A stretch of DNA of 57,683 nucleotides from a virus (IMGVR_UViG_3300045283_000159:1-57683); one strand, 5' to 3'. Numbered from the stretch's first letter, positions 16,406-25,756 are shown. Notes: generated from the sequence alone by a model not told the origin. A program made the numbers and translations.

Positions 16406-17291
16406 GGCTGCGCATCTCGTCCTGCCCAGGGGCATAGCCAGTGACGGCTTCCCGAGCACGCGGCGAGTGTGCGAGCGGATCGGGATCGTCTTCGACCCGT
16501 GGCAGCGTGACCTGAACCGGTGCCTGCTGTCGAAATCGCGCGATGGCCTGTACGCGGCGGACACGGCGCTGCTGTCGATCCCGCGGCAGGTGGGCAAGAC
16601 GTTCGACGTCGGCGGCGTGGTGTTCGCCGACTCGATCATCAACCCGGGCACGGTGACGGTGTGGACGGCGCACCGGTTCAAGGTGGCCCGGGAGTCGTTC
16701 AATGAGATGCGGGCGTGGGCGAAGTCGCCGCTGTTGGTCCCGCATATCGACTACGCCGACATCACCACGGGCGCGGGCAATGAGTGCATCCCGTTCCGGA
16801 ACGGCTCGCGGATCGTGTTCGCGGCCCGGGAGCGGGGCTCGGTCCGCGGGTTCACGAAGGTGCGGCGGCTGGTGCTCGACGAGGGCCAGATCCTGACGGA
16901 GATAGCGCTGTCGGACCTGGTTCCGACGATGAACCAGGCGGTTAACCCGCAGATCATCTTGATGTGCACGCCGCCGAAGCCGTCGGACCCGTCCGAGGTG
17001 GTGACCCGGCTGCGGGCTGACGCGCTGGACGGCGAGAGCACCGGCGTCCTGTACGTGGAGCTGTCGGCGCCGGCGGGCTGCAAGCCGGATGACCGGGCGG
17101 CGTGGCGGAAGGCGAACCCGTCCTATCCCCGCCGGACCCCGGCGAAGGCGATCCTGCGGATGCGCAAGCTGCTGAGCCCGGAGGATTTCATGCGCGAGGC
17201 GCTGGGCGTGTGGGATGACCCGGACGGCGCGTGGGAGGTCATCGCCGAGGATACGTGGGGTGCGGCGGCCGTGCGGCAGGGGGCGCTGTGA
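16359..17291 (+). CDS. terL: Terminase large subunit, ATPase domain
   Basis: PWQ motif; IPRQVGKT; LVLDE; ANPS; FMREALGVW. Confidence 0.92.
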   Translation: MARRQQPRTSAGLLPEAAHLVLPRGIASDGFPSTRRVCERIGIVFDPWQRDLNRCLLSKSRDGLYAADTALLSIPRQVGKTFDVGGVVFADSIINPGTVTVWTAHRFKVARESFNEMRAWAKSPLLVPHIDYADITTGAGNECIPFRNGSRIVFAARERGSVRGFTKVRRLVLDEGQILTEIALSDLVPTMNQAVNPQIILMCTPPKPSDPSEVVTRLRADALDGESTGVLYVELSAPAGCKPDDRAAWRKANPSYPRRTPAKAILRMRKLLSPEDFMREALGVWDDPDGAWEVIAEDTWGAAAVRQGAL

Positions 17292-17815
17292 TCGGCGCGG
17301 TCGCGTTCGGGTGTGCGATCAGCGACAGCTGCACCTGCCACGGGAAGGCCCGCCAGCACGGCTCGATCGTGGCGGCCGGCCGGTCCGGGCCGGGGAAGAT
17401 CCTGGTGGATCTGGCGCCGTTCTACGGTTCTCCCGGGCTGCTGGTGGCGCGGATGGCCGTCCTGTACGCCAAGCATGACCCGGTCGCGGTGGTGGTGAAC
17501 CCGAAGTCGCATTCGGGGACGCTGGTCAAGCCGCTGGGTGAGGCGGGGATCCTGGTCCGCGAGGTTACGGCGCAGGACGTGGCGGTGGCCCACGGGGAGT
17601 TCCTCGACTTGGTTGACGACGGCGGCCTCGAGCACCTCGACCAGCCGCCGTTGACCTCTGCCGTGCGGGCGGCGCAGCAGCGGCCGCTGGCGGGTGCGCA
17701 GGCGTGGGATCCGAAGGTGGCGACCGACCAGAGCCCGCTCGTGGCCGCCACGCTCGCCTGCTGGGCGTTCCGCCGGTGGGAGGAACTCGCGCAACCGTCC
17801 GTGTGGGCGATCTGA
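17288..17815 (+). CDS. Terminase large subunit, nuclease-like domain as a separate ORF
   Basis: GTGA-coupled; LEHLDQPPL...R.LAGA.AW...DQSPLVAATLA. Confidence 0.85.
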   Translation: MIGAVAFGCAISDSCTCHGKARQHGSIVAAGRSGPGKILVDLAPFYGSPGLLVARMAVLYAKHDPVAVVVNPKSHSGTLVKPLGEAGILVREVTAQDVAVAHGEFLDLVDDGGLEHLDQPPLTSAVRAAQQRPLAGAQAWDPKVATDQSPLVAATLACWAFRRWEELAQPSVWAI

Positions 17816-17817
17816 GC

Positions 17818-17971
17818 GGCCGGAGGAGTAGGCGCGTAGCGGTGCCTCGTTCTTAAGCCGCAGTCACGCTCAAGCCCTCCGGACCGTGCCCGGCTACCCG
17901 TCGGGACTGGCTTGACTTCGCCCGCGCATTTAGGGACCTGCCCTGGTACCTGGCTGCGGCCTCCTCCGGCC
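17818..17971 (+). ncRNA. Candidate ~155-nt multi-stem structured RNA between terL and portal
   Basis: GGCCGGAGGAG/CTCCTCCGGCC; GCCGCAGTCA/TGGCTGCGGC; TCAAGCC/GGCTTGA; further hairpins. Confidence 0.55.
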
Positions 17972-17996
17972 ACCCATCCGAACTTAGGAGGCGATC

Positions 17997-18218
17997 ATGC
18001 GGTTGTCTATTGCTTTGCTGCTCGTCTCCCTGCTCGGCGTCCTGGCCGGCGGGTGGCTGACGGGCCGTCTCGGGTTCGGCCTGTGCGTGATCGCCGACAG
18101 CGTGGCGGTGGGTTTCCTGGCGCTGCGCCTCGACGACGGGACGGGCGATCAGCAGCCGCAGGTGCACGGCGTGCCGACGCTGCAGGACGTGCTCGAGCGT
18201 GCGAGGCGGGCCGGGTGA
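17997..18218 (+). CDS. Small two-TM protein preceding portal
   Basis: AGGAGG RBS; hydrophobic. Confidence 0.75.
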   Translation: MRLSIALLLVSLLGVLAGGWLTGRLGFGLCVIADSVAVGFLALRLDDGTGDQQPQVHGVPTLQDVLERARRAG

Positions 18219-19636
18219 CGCGGCTGTGGGACCGCCTCATCAAGCGGGACGGCTACTGGGAAGGCATGGCCAGCGGCGCGTCGGTCCTGACGACCTCCTA
18301 CGCGTCGCCTGACCGGGAGCCGGTCCTGCCGCAGCTCGCCGCGTACGCGCAGCAGGCCAACTCGTCCAACGCGATCATCTTCGCCGCGATCCTCGTGAGG
18401 ATGAGCCTGTTCTCGGAGGCGCGGTTCGCGTTCCAGGCGAAGGACGACCGGCACCTGTTCGGCACCACGGCCCTGGCCAAGCTGGAGGAGCCGTTCGGGC
18501 CGGAGAGCACGACGGGGCACCTGCTGGCCCGGATGGAGCAGGACGCGTTCCTCGCCGGGAACGCCTACATCTGGGATCCGCCGGGCGAGGACCGGCTGGT
18601 GCGGCTGCGGCCCGACTGGGTGACCATCGTGTCCGAGCGGGTGCGCGTGGCGGACAGCGGCTGGTACCGCCGCCCGGTGGCCTACTGGTTCGAGCCGCCC
18701 AGGTCCCTGATGTCCAGGGATGAGGGGTTCCTCGTCCCGGCGGCCGAGTGCGTCCACTGGGCGCCCATCCCCGACCCGCAGGCCGACTTCCGGGGCATGA
18801 GCCCGCTGACCCCGATCGCCCGGGATCTCGCCGGTGACGACGGGATGACCCGGTACAAGCTGCGCTACCTGCAAAATGACGCCAGCCCGAACGTGATCAT
18901 CAAGTACGCGCAGAAGCTGCAGGAATCGACGATCGACAAGATCCGGGAGCGGACGGCCGCCCGGTACGCCGGCCCCGACAATGCGGGCAAGACGCTGGTC
19001 CTGGATCAGGGCGCGGACCTGACGCTGGTGGGCAACAGCCTGAGCCAGATGGATTTCTCCGGGGTGTCGTCGGTCGGGGTGGAGCGGATCCTGGCGGCGT
19101 GCGCGGTGCCGGGCGTCCTGGTGGGCCTGGAGCCGCTGCGGGGCGCGGGCCGGGGCTTTGGCGAGAGCATGACGAAGTTCGCGAACTTGTGGGCGCGGCC
19201 GGAGTGGCGGTCAGCGTGCGGGGCGCTGGAGAAGATCACGGACGTCCCCGCAGGCAACAGATTGTGGTTCGACGTCGCTGATATCCAGGCGCTGCAGGAG
19301 GGCGAGACGGCCCGGGCGCAGGCCGCTTTGGTGCGGGCTCAGGCGCTGCTGGCGCACCACCAGGCGGGTTATGACCTGATGTCCGCGGTCGCGGCGGTGG
19401 AGAGCGGGGACCTGACGCAGCTGAAGGCCGCGCCGGTCCCGCCGCCGCCGCCGAACCTGCCGGTGCAGCACCTGCTGCCGCAGCAGTCGCCGGGCGCGGC
19501 GGCTGAGCCGCTGCCGGCGGGGGCGATGCCCCGCCTGCCGGTCGGGTCCACGTCGCCGGGGGACGGCGGGAACAACACCAGGCCGACACCGCGGCCGTCC
19601 AGCGCGCGGCGGGTACTGAACGGAGCGCCCGGCTAG
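18215..19636 (+). CDS. HK97-family portal protein
   Basis: GNAY; RLRPDWV; GMSPL; NAGKTLVL. Confidence 0.92.
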   Translation: MTRLWDRLIKRDGYWEGMASGASVLTTSYASPDREPVLPQLAAYAQQANSSNAIIFAAILVRMSLFSEARFAFQAKDDRHLFGTTALAKLEEPFGPESTTGHLLARMEQDAFLAGNAYIWDPPGEDRLVRLRPDWVTIVSERVRVADSGWYRRPVAYWFEPPRSLMSRDEGFLVPAAECVHWAPIPDPQADFRGMSPLTPIARDLAGDDGMTRYKLRYLQNDASPNVIIKYAQKLQESTIDKIRERTAARYAGPDNAGKTLVLDQGADLTLVGNSLSQMDFSGVSSVGVERILAACAVPGVLVGLEPLRGAGRGFGESMTKFANLWARPEWRSACGALEKITDVPAGNRLWFDVADIQALQEGETARAQAALVRAQALLAHHQAGYDLMSAVAAVESGDLTQLKAAPVPPPPPNLPVQHLLPQQSPGAAAEPLPAGAMPRLPVGSTSPGDGGNNTRPTPRPSSARRVLNGAPG

Positions 19637-19724
19637 CCGTAACCAAGATCTGGGGGCCCCTCGTCCTTCCCTGGAGCGAGGGGCTTCCTTATGTCCACAT
19701 CCAGGGAGATCCAGGGAGACAACC

Positions 19725-20402
19725 ATGCGACTCGGAGAGTACGGCAGGATCGAACGCGATATCTCAGCCGCCGAGAACGGCACCATCTGGCACCGCTGGC
19801 GTTACGGCCGACGGCTGATGTGCGACACGGATATCACCACGCCGAACGGGAATTTCAGGCATGGCGTCATCGAGAAGATCGTGCGCGCAAGTGGCGGGAA
19901 GCTCACGGAACGTGAGCTTCGCGCTCGTCGCCAGTGCGGAAAGGCGTACCCAAACCGGTCTCAAATCCGTCAGGCTCTGACGGATTTCGAGACCTGGAAT
20001 CAGCTCCTGGACGCCAGTTTTCCGCCGTACGAGGGCGAGGAAGACGAGCTTCCGTACAACCCGCTGCTGACGGAAGAACTCATCAAACAGCACGAGACGG
20101 GTGCGGGTCACATCGCTGAGGACAGCCAGTACGAGGGCGGCGGCATCATGCCGCGCGACGACTGCGAAGAGCACGGCGAAGAGCCCAGCGAGGGCGCGCT
20201 CATCCCGCGTAACACTTACCCGGACACCACTCCGCTGAGCGAACTTGTGCGATGGGCGGAACAGGAAAGAGAGCTAGCGCGCCGCTTCAATGCCCGCGTG
20301 GACAGGCTGTGCCACTACATCGACAGTCTCGTAAAGGCCGCAAACGGCGACCTTAACATGACGCTCGGTGAGGCTGAGAAGCGGCTGCACGGTCGTGACT
20401 GA
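19725..20402 (+). CDS. Hypothetical protein, moron-like insert
   Basis: Lower GC than flanks; structured leader. Confidence 0.75.
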   Translation: MRLGEYGRIERDISAAENGTIWHRWRYGRRLMCDTDITTPNGNFRHGVIEKIVRASGGKLTERELRARRQCGKAYPNRSQIRQALTDFETWNQLLDASFPPYEGEEDELPYNPLLTEELIKQHETGAGHIAEDSQYEGGGIMPRDDCEEHGEEPSEGALIPRNTYPDTTPLSELVRWAEQERELARRFNARVDRLCHYIDSLVKAANGDLNMTLGEAEKRLHGRD

Positions 20403-20685
20403 GCGCATGCTCCAAGCAAGCGTCATCAAGCTATGCCAACTGTTCGGCATCACCTCGTACCACACATTCGACAGCCGCCGCTCAGACAGAGGCTGGCCCG
20501 ACTTGGCCATGTGCGGCCCGCGCGGATTCATCACCCGCGAACTCAAGTCCGACAGCGGGACCGTGACCGCCGAGCAGGAGCACTGGGGAGTCAGGCTCCG
20601 GCAGGCGGGTGTCGACTGGGGCGTCTGGCGGCCGGCCGATCTCCGTTCGGGCCGGATTGAGAACGAACTGCGGGCGATCAAGTGA
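20395..20685 (+). CDS. VRR-NUC domain protein
   Basis: GWPDL...RELK...G.VT.EQ..W...WRP.D. Confidence 0.85.
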   Translation: MTERMLQASVIKLCQLFGITSYHTFDSRRSDRGWPDLAMCGPRGFITRELKSDSGTVTAEQEHWGVRLRQAGVDWGVWRPADLRSGRIENELRAIK

Positions 20686-20698
20686 GGTAGGGGCATCG

Positions 20699-21421
20699 GT
20701 GACTGACACGTGGTCGTACGGCGCGGAGCGGTTCAACCCTGTGCACGCGCCCGCCGGGTCCGCTGCCGGCGGCCAGTTCGCCGCCTCCGCCGGCAGCAGC
20801 GGCGGCGCGGCCAAGGGCACCAAGCCCGCCACCCCCAGCAACCAGCACCCGGTCGGCCAGGGGGAGCACGGCAAGCGGGTCTCCGACCTGCAATCCCGCC
20901 TCAACGCCCTCGGCGCGAAACCGCCCCTGAAAGTCGACGGGATCTTCGGCCCCAAGACCCTCGCCGCGGTGAAGGCGTTCCAGAAGTCGCACGGCCTCAA
21001 GGTCGACGGGCTCGTGGGCCCGAAGACGACGGCGTCGCTCCGCGGCAAGAGCCCGGCCGCGCACCACGCCCCGGCGCACACCGCCACCCACGCCACCGCG
21101 CACGCCAAGGCCAAGCCCGCCGCGTCGCACGCCGCCGCCGGCCATAAGCCGTCCGACAAGCCCGGCAGCATCACCGCCAGCCAGAAGGACGCGATCAAGC
21201 AGGCCGTCAAGGACCGCAAGGTCCCCGGCCCGGACGCCGCCGACGCGACCAACCCCAGGGAGATGGCCGCGCTGGCCGAGTCGGAGGCGCAGGCGCTGCT
21301 CAAGCACCTGAAATCCTTCCCGCCGCGCAAGACGGTCAAGCGTGACGCGGACCCGTACGGCCACGACCTGTACGTGTCCCGCTCACGCGAGATGCGCGCG
21401 GCCGCCGGACTGCGCTGGTAA
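20699..21421 (+). CDS. Peptidoglycan-binding domain protein in the head module
   Basis: VSDLQSRLNALG...VDGIFGPKTLAAVKAFQKSHGLKVDGLVGPKT. Confidence 0.85.
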   Translation: MTDTWSYGAERFNPVHAPAGSAAGGQFAASAGSSGGAAKGTKPATPSNQHPVGQGEHGKRVSDLQSRLNALGAKPPLKVDGIFGPKTLAAVKAFQKSHGLKVDGLVGPKTTASLRGKSPAAHHAPAHTATHATAHAKAKPAASHAAAGHKPSDKPGSITASQKDAIKQAVKDRKVPGPDAADATNPREMAALAESEAQALLKHLKSFPPRKTVKRDADPYGHDLYVSRSREMRAAAGLRW

Positions 21422-21424
21422 GCG

Positions 21425-22786
21425 ATGGACGAGACGGGCGCGGCCCGGGCGTCTGACCTGAAGTACGGCCACGGGTCGGCGCTGTGGAAGTACTGGACGA
21501 CGGGCGCGGGTGCCGCGAAGTGGTCCGGGGCCGTGCACAAGTGGACGACGCTGCGTGACCTGCTGCTGAAGGCAGGCGTCCCGGCCATCTCAGCCGACGG
21601 GCTGACCACCAACATCATCCAGGCGGTCATGCCCGGCTACATGAAACAGGCCCACGCGAAGACGGGGCACGCGGGAAGGGCAGCGATGAGCACACCGGAC
21701 GGCGGGTACGACGCGGACGGCCTCGACGGGTCCTGGGACGGCGACCACTCCGACCTGCCCGACCTGTCCGGCCTGGACGTCGCCGACCTCGAAGCCGCCG
21801 ACGGCACGGCCCCGGACACGGCGTCCCGCGCCATGCCGGCACCCGGCACCGGCGCCCGGTTCGCCCGGCTCAAGTCGTCGCTGGCCGCCAAGGGCGCCAA
21901 GGACCCCGGAGCGCTCGCCGCCTACATCGGGCGGAAGAAGTTCGGCAAGGGCAAGTTCACCAAGCTGGCCGCGAAGGCACGCGGGAAAGGCGGTGCGAGC
22001 CGGATGGCCCCACTGGAGTACTTCCGCACGTACGAGCTCGAGGACATCCATATCGTCCGCTCCGCGCAGGGCGACGCGACCGGCCGGCTCGTCGAGGCGT
22101 ACGCGGCGGTGTTCAACCAGCCCGCGGAGATCCACGACCACGAGGGCCACTACGTCGAGGAGATCGACCCGGCCGCGTTCAACAAGGTCGTCGCCGACAT
22201 CGGCCGGTCCCGCGCCGGGTTCGGCAAGGTCAAGGTCATGTTCAATCACGGCCTGACCATGCACGGCACCCCCAGCGAGCGAGGGTCGATGCCGATCGGG
22301 ACGCCGGTGGAAATCCGCCCGGAGGCCCGCGGGCTGCTGACCCTGACCCGCTACTCGGAGACGCCGTTCGCCGATGAGGTGCTGGAGAACATCCGCAACG
22401 GCGCGATCACCGCCCAGTCCTTCACCGGGCGGATCGTCCGTTCCGACCCGCAGCTCCGCCGCGGCGACAAGCACTACCCGCGCGGCGGGCAGCTGACCAC
22501 GGTCCGCCGCACCGAGCTGGGCCTGAAGGAGTTCGGCCCCACGCCGTTCGCGGCGTACAGCGGCGCCGAGATCGTCGGCGTCCGCATGTCCACTCCCGGC
22601 GCCTTCGGCGACCCGGAGCCGGACGAGCACGAAGAGCACGACGAACAGGCACTTCCCCCCGATGGTGAAGCCGCCGCCGACGAGCCGCCCCCCGCTGAGG
22701 GCCAGGCACTCGAGCGGCATCACCAGCACGCACTGTTCGCCCTGCGATCCAAGGAGGCGCGCGAACGGATCGGGCTGGTCTGGTAA
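21425..22786 (+). CDS. HK97-type prohead protease with long N-terminal extension
   Basis: AYAAVFN; EEIDPAAF; FNHG; QSFTG; EFGPTPFAAY. Confidence 0.9.
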   Translation: MDETGAARASDLKYGHGSALWKYWTTGAGAAKWSGAVHKWTTLRDLLLKAGVPAISADGLTTNIIQAVMPGYMKQAHAKTGHAGRAAMSTPDGGYDADGLDGSWDGDHSDLPDLSGLDVADLEAADGTAPDTASRAMPAPGTGARFARLKSSLAAKGAKDPGALAAYIGRKKFGKGKFTKLAAKARGKGGASRMAPLEYFRTYELEDIHIVRSAQGDATGRLVEAYAAVFNQPAEIHDHEGHYVEEIDPAAFNKVVADIGRSRAGFGKVKVMFNHGLTMHGTPSERGSMPIGTPVEIRPEARGLLTLTRYSETPFADEVLENIRNGAITAQSFTGRIVRSDPQLRRGDKHYPRGGQLTTVRRTELGLKEFGPTPFAAYSGAEIVGVRMSTPGAFGDPEPDEHEEHDEQALPPDGEAAADEPPPAEGQALERHHQHALFALRSKEARERIGLVW

Positions 22787-22810
22787 TTCAGACCGAAAGG
22801 AGCGGTCCCC

Positions 22811-24301
22811 ATGGCCGCTTTGCAGGAACTCCTCGACGAGCAGGCCGCCATCAAGGCGGAACTGCAGCGCATGGAGGACTCTTCCGAGACCACGGAAGAG
22901 CAGGACGGCGATTTCAGGGACACCCTGATCGCCCGGTGGGAAGCGCTGGACGAGAAGGTCAAGCCGATCGTCGAGCGGATGGAGCGCATCAAGGCGATCA
23001 CCCGGCTGGCCGGTGACGAGGCTAACCTCGAGCGCCCCGACCCCGAGTACAACGGCAACGGCAACGGCGGCGCCGTCCGCCGCACCGCGGCCGGGGGCGC
23101 GGACGACCCGTACGGCACCGGCCGGTACGGCACCAGCGGCCCCGACCTCGTGATCCGGAACAACCGGGACCCGTACGACTGCCAGGACGCGATCCGCAAC
23201 GAGAAGCAGATCCTCATGCGGCGCTCCGAGCTCCGCGAGCGGGCGATGGACGCCATCGAGATCGAGGCCCGCCGCGGCCGCCTGATGCACGACTTCGCCG
23301 AGGAAGCCACCAGGAAGGCGCAGGAGCAGTTCTTCGGCCAGTCGAACGTCGCCCGGCACATCCTGATGACCGGCAGCCAGGAGTACCAGGACACGTGGCA
23401 GGAGTACCTGCAGGACCCGATCGCCAACGCCCAGCGTGCCGCGCTGACGCTGACCCCGGGGTCTGCGGGCGGGTTTTTGCTCCCGTACGTGCTCGATCCC
23501 AGCATCATCTTGACCAACGCCGGCAGCGCCAACCCCTGGCGTCGCATCAGCCGCATCGTCCAGACGACCTCGAACACGTGGAACGGGGTCAACAGCGCCG
23601 GCGTGAACGCGGCGTGGCTCGCTGAGCAGACGATCGTCACCGACGGCACCCCGACCCTGGGCAACGTGGTCGTGACCCCCGTCAAGGCCGCCGCGTGGGT
23701 GTTCGGTTCCTACGAAGTCCTCGAGGACACCGACTTCGGCCAGCAGCTCCCGGCGCTCCTCGCGGACGCCAAGGACAGGCTGGAGGAAGCGGCGTTCGCC
23801 ACCGGCGGCGGCACCACCGTCCCGAACGGCGTCGTGGTCGGCGCGACCACCGTCGTGACCGGCGCGACGACCCTGGTCTACGCGATCGGCGACGTGTACA
23901 GCACGCACGCGGCGCTCCCGGCCAGGTTCAGGAACTCGCCGAAGGTCGCGTGGGTCATGAACGTGGCCTACATCAACAAGACCCGGCAGCTCGACCCCGC
24001 CGGCGGCTCGTCGTTCTGGACGAACCTGGGGCAGGGTGCGCCCGAGACGCTGCTGGGTGCCCCGATCTACGAGTCGACCACCATGTCCGCCGCAACGGCG
24101 GCGGGCACCCTCGAAGCGATCTTCGGGGACTTCAACCAGTTCATCATCGCGGACCGCGTGGGAGTCAGCATGATCTACGACCCCCTCGTCCAGGGCACGG
24201 GCGGCATCCTCCCGAGCGGCCAGGCTGGCTGGTTCATGTTCTGGCGCACAGGCTCGTCACTCTCGACGATCAACGCCTTCAGGGTCCTCAAGGGAGCCTG
24301 A
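22811..24301 (+). CDS. HK97-fold major capsid protein with N-terminal delta domain
   Basis: GGFLLP; AAWLAE; WVMN; LLGAPI; FGDF..F.IADR. Confidence 0.95.
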   Translation: MAALQELLDEQAAIKAELQRMEDSSETTEEQDGDFRDTLIARWEALDEKVKPIVERMERIKAITRLAGDEANLERPDPEYNGNGNGGAVRRTAAGGADDPYGTGRYGTSGPDLVIRNNRDPYDCQDAIRNEKQILMRRSELRERAMDAIEIEARRGRLMHDFAEEATRKAQEQFFGQSNVARHILMTGSQEYQDTWQEYLQDPIANAQRAALTLTPGSAGGFLLPYVLDPSIILTNAGSANPWRRISRIVQTTSNTWNGVNSAGVNAAWLAEQTIVTDGTPTLGNVVVTPVKAAAWVFGSYEVLEDTDFGQQLPALLADAKDRLEEAAFATGGGTTVPNGVVVGATTVVTGATTLVYAIGDVYSTHAALPARFRNSPKVAWVMNVAYINKTRQLDPAGGSSFWTNLGQGAPETLLGAPIYESTTMSAATAAGTLEAIFGDFNQFIIADRVGVSMIYDPLVQGTGGILPSGQAGWFMFWRTGSSLSTINAFRVLKGA

Positions 24302-24311
24302 CCTGCGGTTC

Positions 24312-24347
24312 TGTTCTGGCGGGCCGCCTGAACGGCCCGCCAGAACA
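24312..24347 (+). terminator. Strong hairpin after the capsid gene
   Basis: 15-bp perfect stem TGTTCTGGCGGGCCG/CGGCCCGCCAGAACA. Confidence 0.65.
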
Positions 24348-24372
24348 TGAACCATCAGCGCACCTAAAGGAA

Positions 24373-24603
24373 GTGGTTGTCATCGCTGCTCGCTACGCGC
24401 TGCAGGATTTCTGGTGGACGACAGCGGCCGGCGCCGCCGTGTTCGTCGAGGAAGGCGCCCTCCGGGACTCCGTGACGTCGCCGGTGGCGGTGGCACTGCC
24501 GTCGCTGTTCGGGACGGTCGCGCCTACCTCGGGCGGGTCGCCGCACATGACGGGCCGGCGGGCGCAGCACCTGTCGCAGTACCCGGCCGGGTCGGAACTC
24601 TGA
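24373..24603 (+). CDS. Small virion protein, short paralog of the next gene
   Basis: AARYALQDFW...VEEGALRDSVTSP...HMTGRRAQHL. Confidence 0.7.
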   Translation: MVVIAARYALQDFWWTTAAGAAVFVEEGALRDSVTSPVAVALPSLFGTVAPTSGGSPHMTGRRAQHLSQYPAGSEL

Positions 24604-25151
24604 TGGCCGCGCGTTACGCGACGCAGGATTTCTGGTACACGCCTGTCCTGGCGGCCCCGTCGACGCTGGCGGCGTCGCCGAACGTGGGCGGCGGGACGTT
24701 CGCGAACGCCGCCTACTTCTGGAAGATCACCGGCCTCAACGGCAACGGCGAGACGACCGGCTCGAATGAGGCGACGTGCACGGTGGCCACCAACGGCACC
24801 GCGTCGCTGACGTGGGCGGCGCTCCCGGCGGGCACGACCGGGGTGAAGGTGTACCGGGGCACCGTGACGAACACGGAGAACGTGCTGGTCGCAACCCTCG
24901 GCGCGGTGGTGGCCTACACCGACACGGGGACCGTCGGCGTGGCTGCGACGGTGCCGGCGCTGAACACGGCGCCGCTCGCGTCGGTGTTCGTGGAAGAGGG
25001 GGCGCTGCGGGACTCGGTGACGTCGCCGGAGGTGGTGGCGAACGCGTCGCTGTTCGGGACGGTCGCGCCGGTCGTCGGGCAGGCCACCGGGCACATGACG
25101 GGGCGGCGGGCTCAGCATCTGGCGCAGTACCCGGCCGGATCGCAACTGTAG
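24603..25151 (+). CDS. Putative decoration protein with inserted beta-rich domain
   Basis: Same N- and C-motifs as the previous gene plus a ~105-aa insert. Confidence 0.75.
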   Translation: MAARYATQDFWYTPVLAAPSTLAASPNVGGGTFANAAYFWKITGLNGNGETTGSNEATCTVATNGTASLTWAALPAGTTGVKVYRGTVTNTENVLVATLGAVVAYTDTGTVGVAATVPALNTAPLASVFVEEGALRDSVTSPEVVANASLFGTVAPVVGQATGHMTGRRAQHLAQYPAGSQL

Positions 25152-25154
25152 AGC

Positions 25155-25493
25155 TCAGGCGGGAATGCGGATGACGCCATAGTCACCCGCAAGGGCACGC
25201 CTGACCTGCTCGGGGTAATGCGTTACGACGAACTGGATCAGGTCGTCGTATGGCCATGGCTCCAGGTGCGGTGCGCCGCCCTGGCGGCGCATCTCGACGG
25301 GCAGGCCGAGGAGCAGCGCCGGACCCTCGGAGGGTTCCCACCAGAAATTACCGCCGTCGTCAAGGGCGCGGATGTCGTCAAGCCAGTCCGGGCTCATAAT
25401 CCAGCGCGACCGGCGGCGCATCTCCGGTGCCACCTCGTCGCGGCCCGCGTGGACCTGTTCGCGGAGCTGCCGGAGCATTTCAGCATCGGTCAT
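25155..25493 (-). CDS. Antisense, probably leaderless small protein resembling a capsid A-domain fragment
   Basis: WIMSPDWLDDIRALDDGGNFWW...LLLGLPVEM; TATGGT 7 nt before the ATG. Confidence 0.7.
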   Translation of the reverse strand: MTDAEMLRQLREQVHAGRDEVAPEMRRRSRWIMSPDWLDDIRALDDGGNFWWEPSEGPALLLGLPVEMRRQGGAPHLEPWPYDDLIQFVVTHYPEQVRRALAGDYGVIRIPA

Positions 25494-25531
25494 ACCGCCA
25501 ACCATACGGAACTGCAGGAAAGGGGCCTGGC

Positions 25532-25756
25532 GTGTATCAGGCGATGGACTCGTTCGTGGCGGCGCTGAAGTCGGGGGCGGAGCTGCGGGTGATGAAGGGC
25601 GAGGTGCTGCCGGACAAGCATGAGCTTGTCCTGCGGGACCTGGCGGGCAGCGGGACGCTGTTCCGGAAGCTGAACCTGGACGATGAGGACGCCCCGCCGG
25701 CGGCGGGCCCGAAGCCGAAGGCGTCCCTGAACCTGGGCCGGAAGAGTCCTGCCTGA
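25532..25756 (+). CDS. Small head-associated protein
   Basis: AGGAAAGG RBS; VYQAMDSF...KGEVLPD. Confidence 0.7.
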   Translation: MYQAMDSFVAALKSGAELRVMKGEVLPDKHELVLRDLAGSGTLFRKLNLDDEDAPPAAGPKPKASLNLGRKSPA

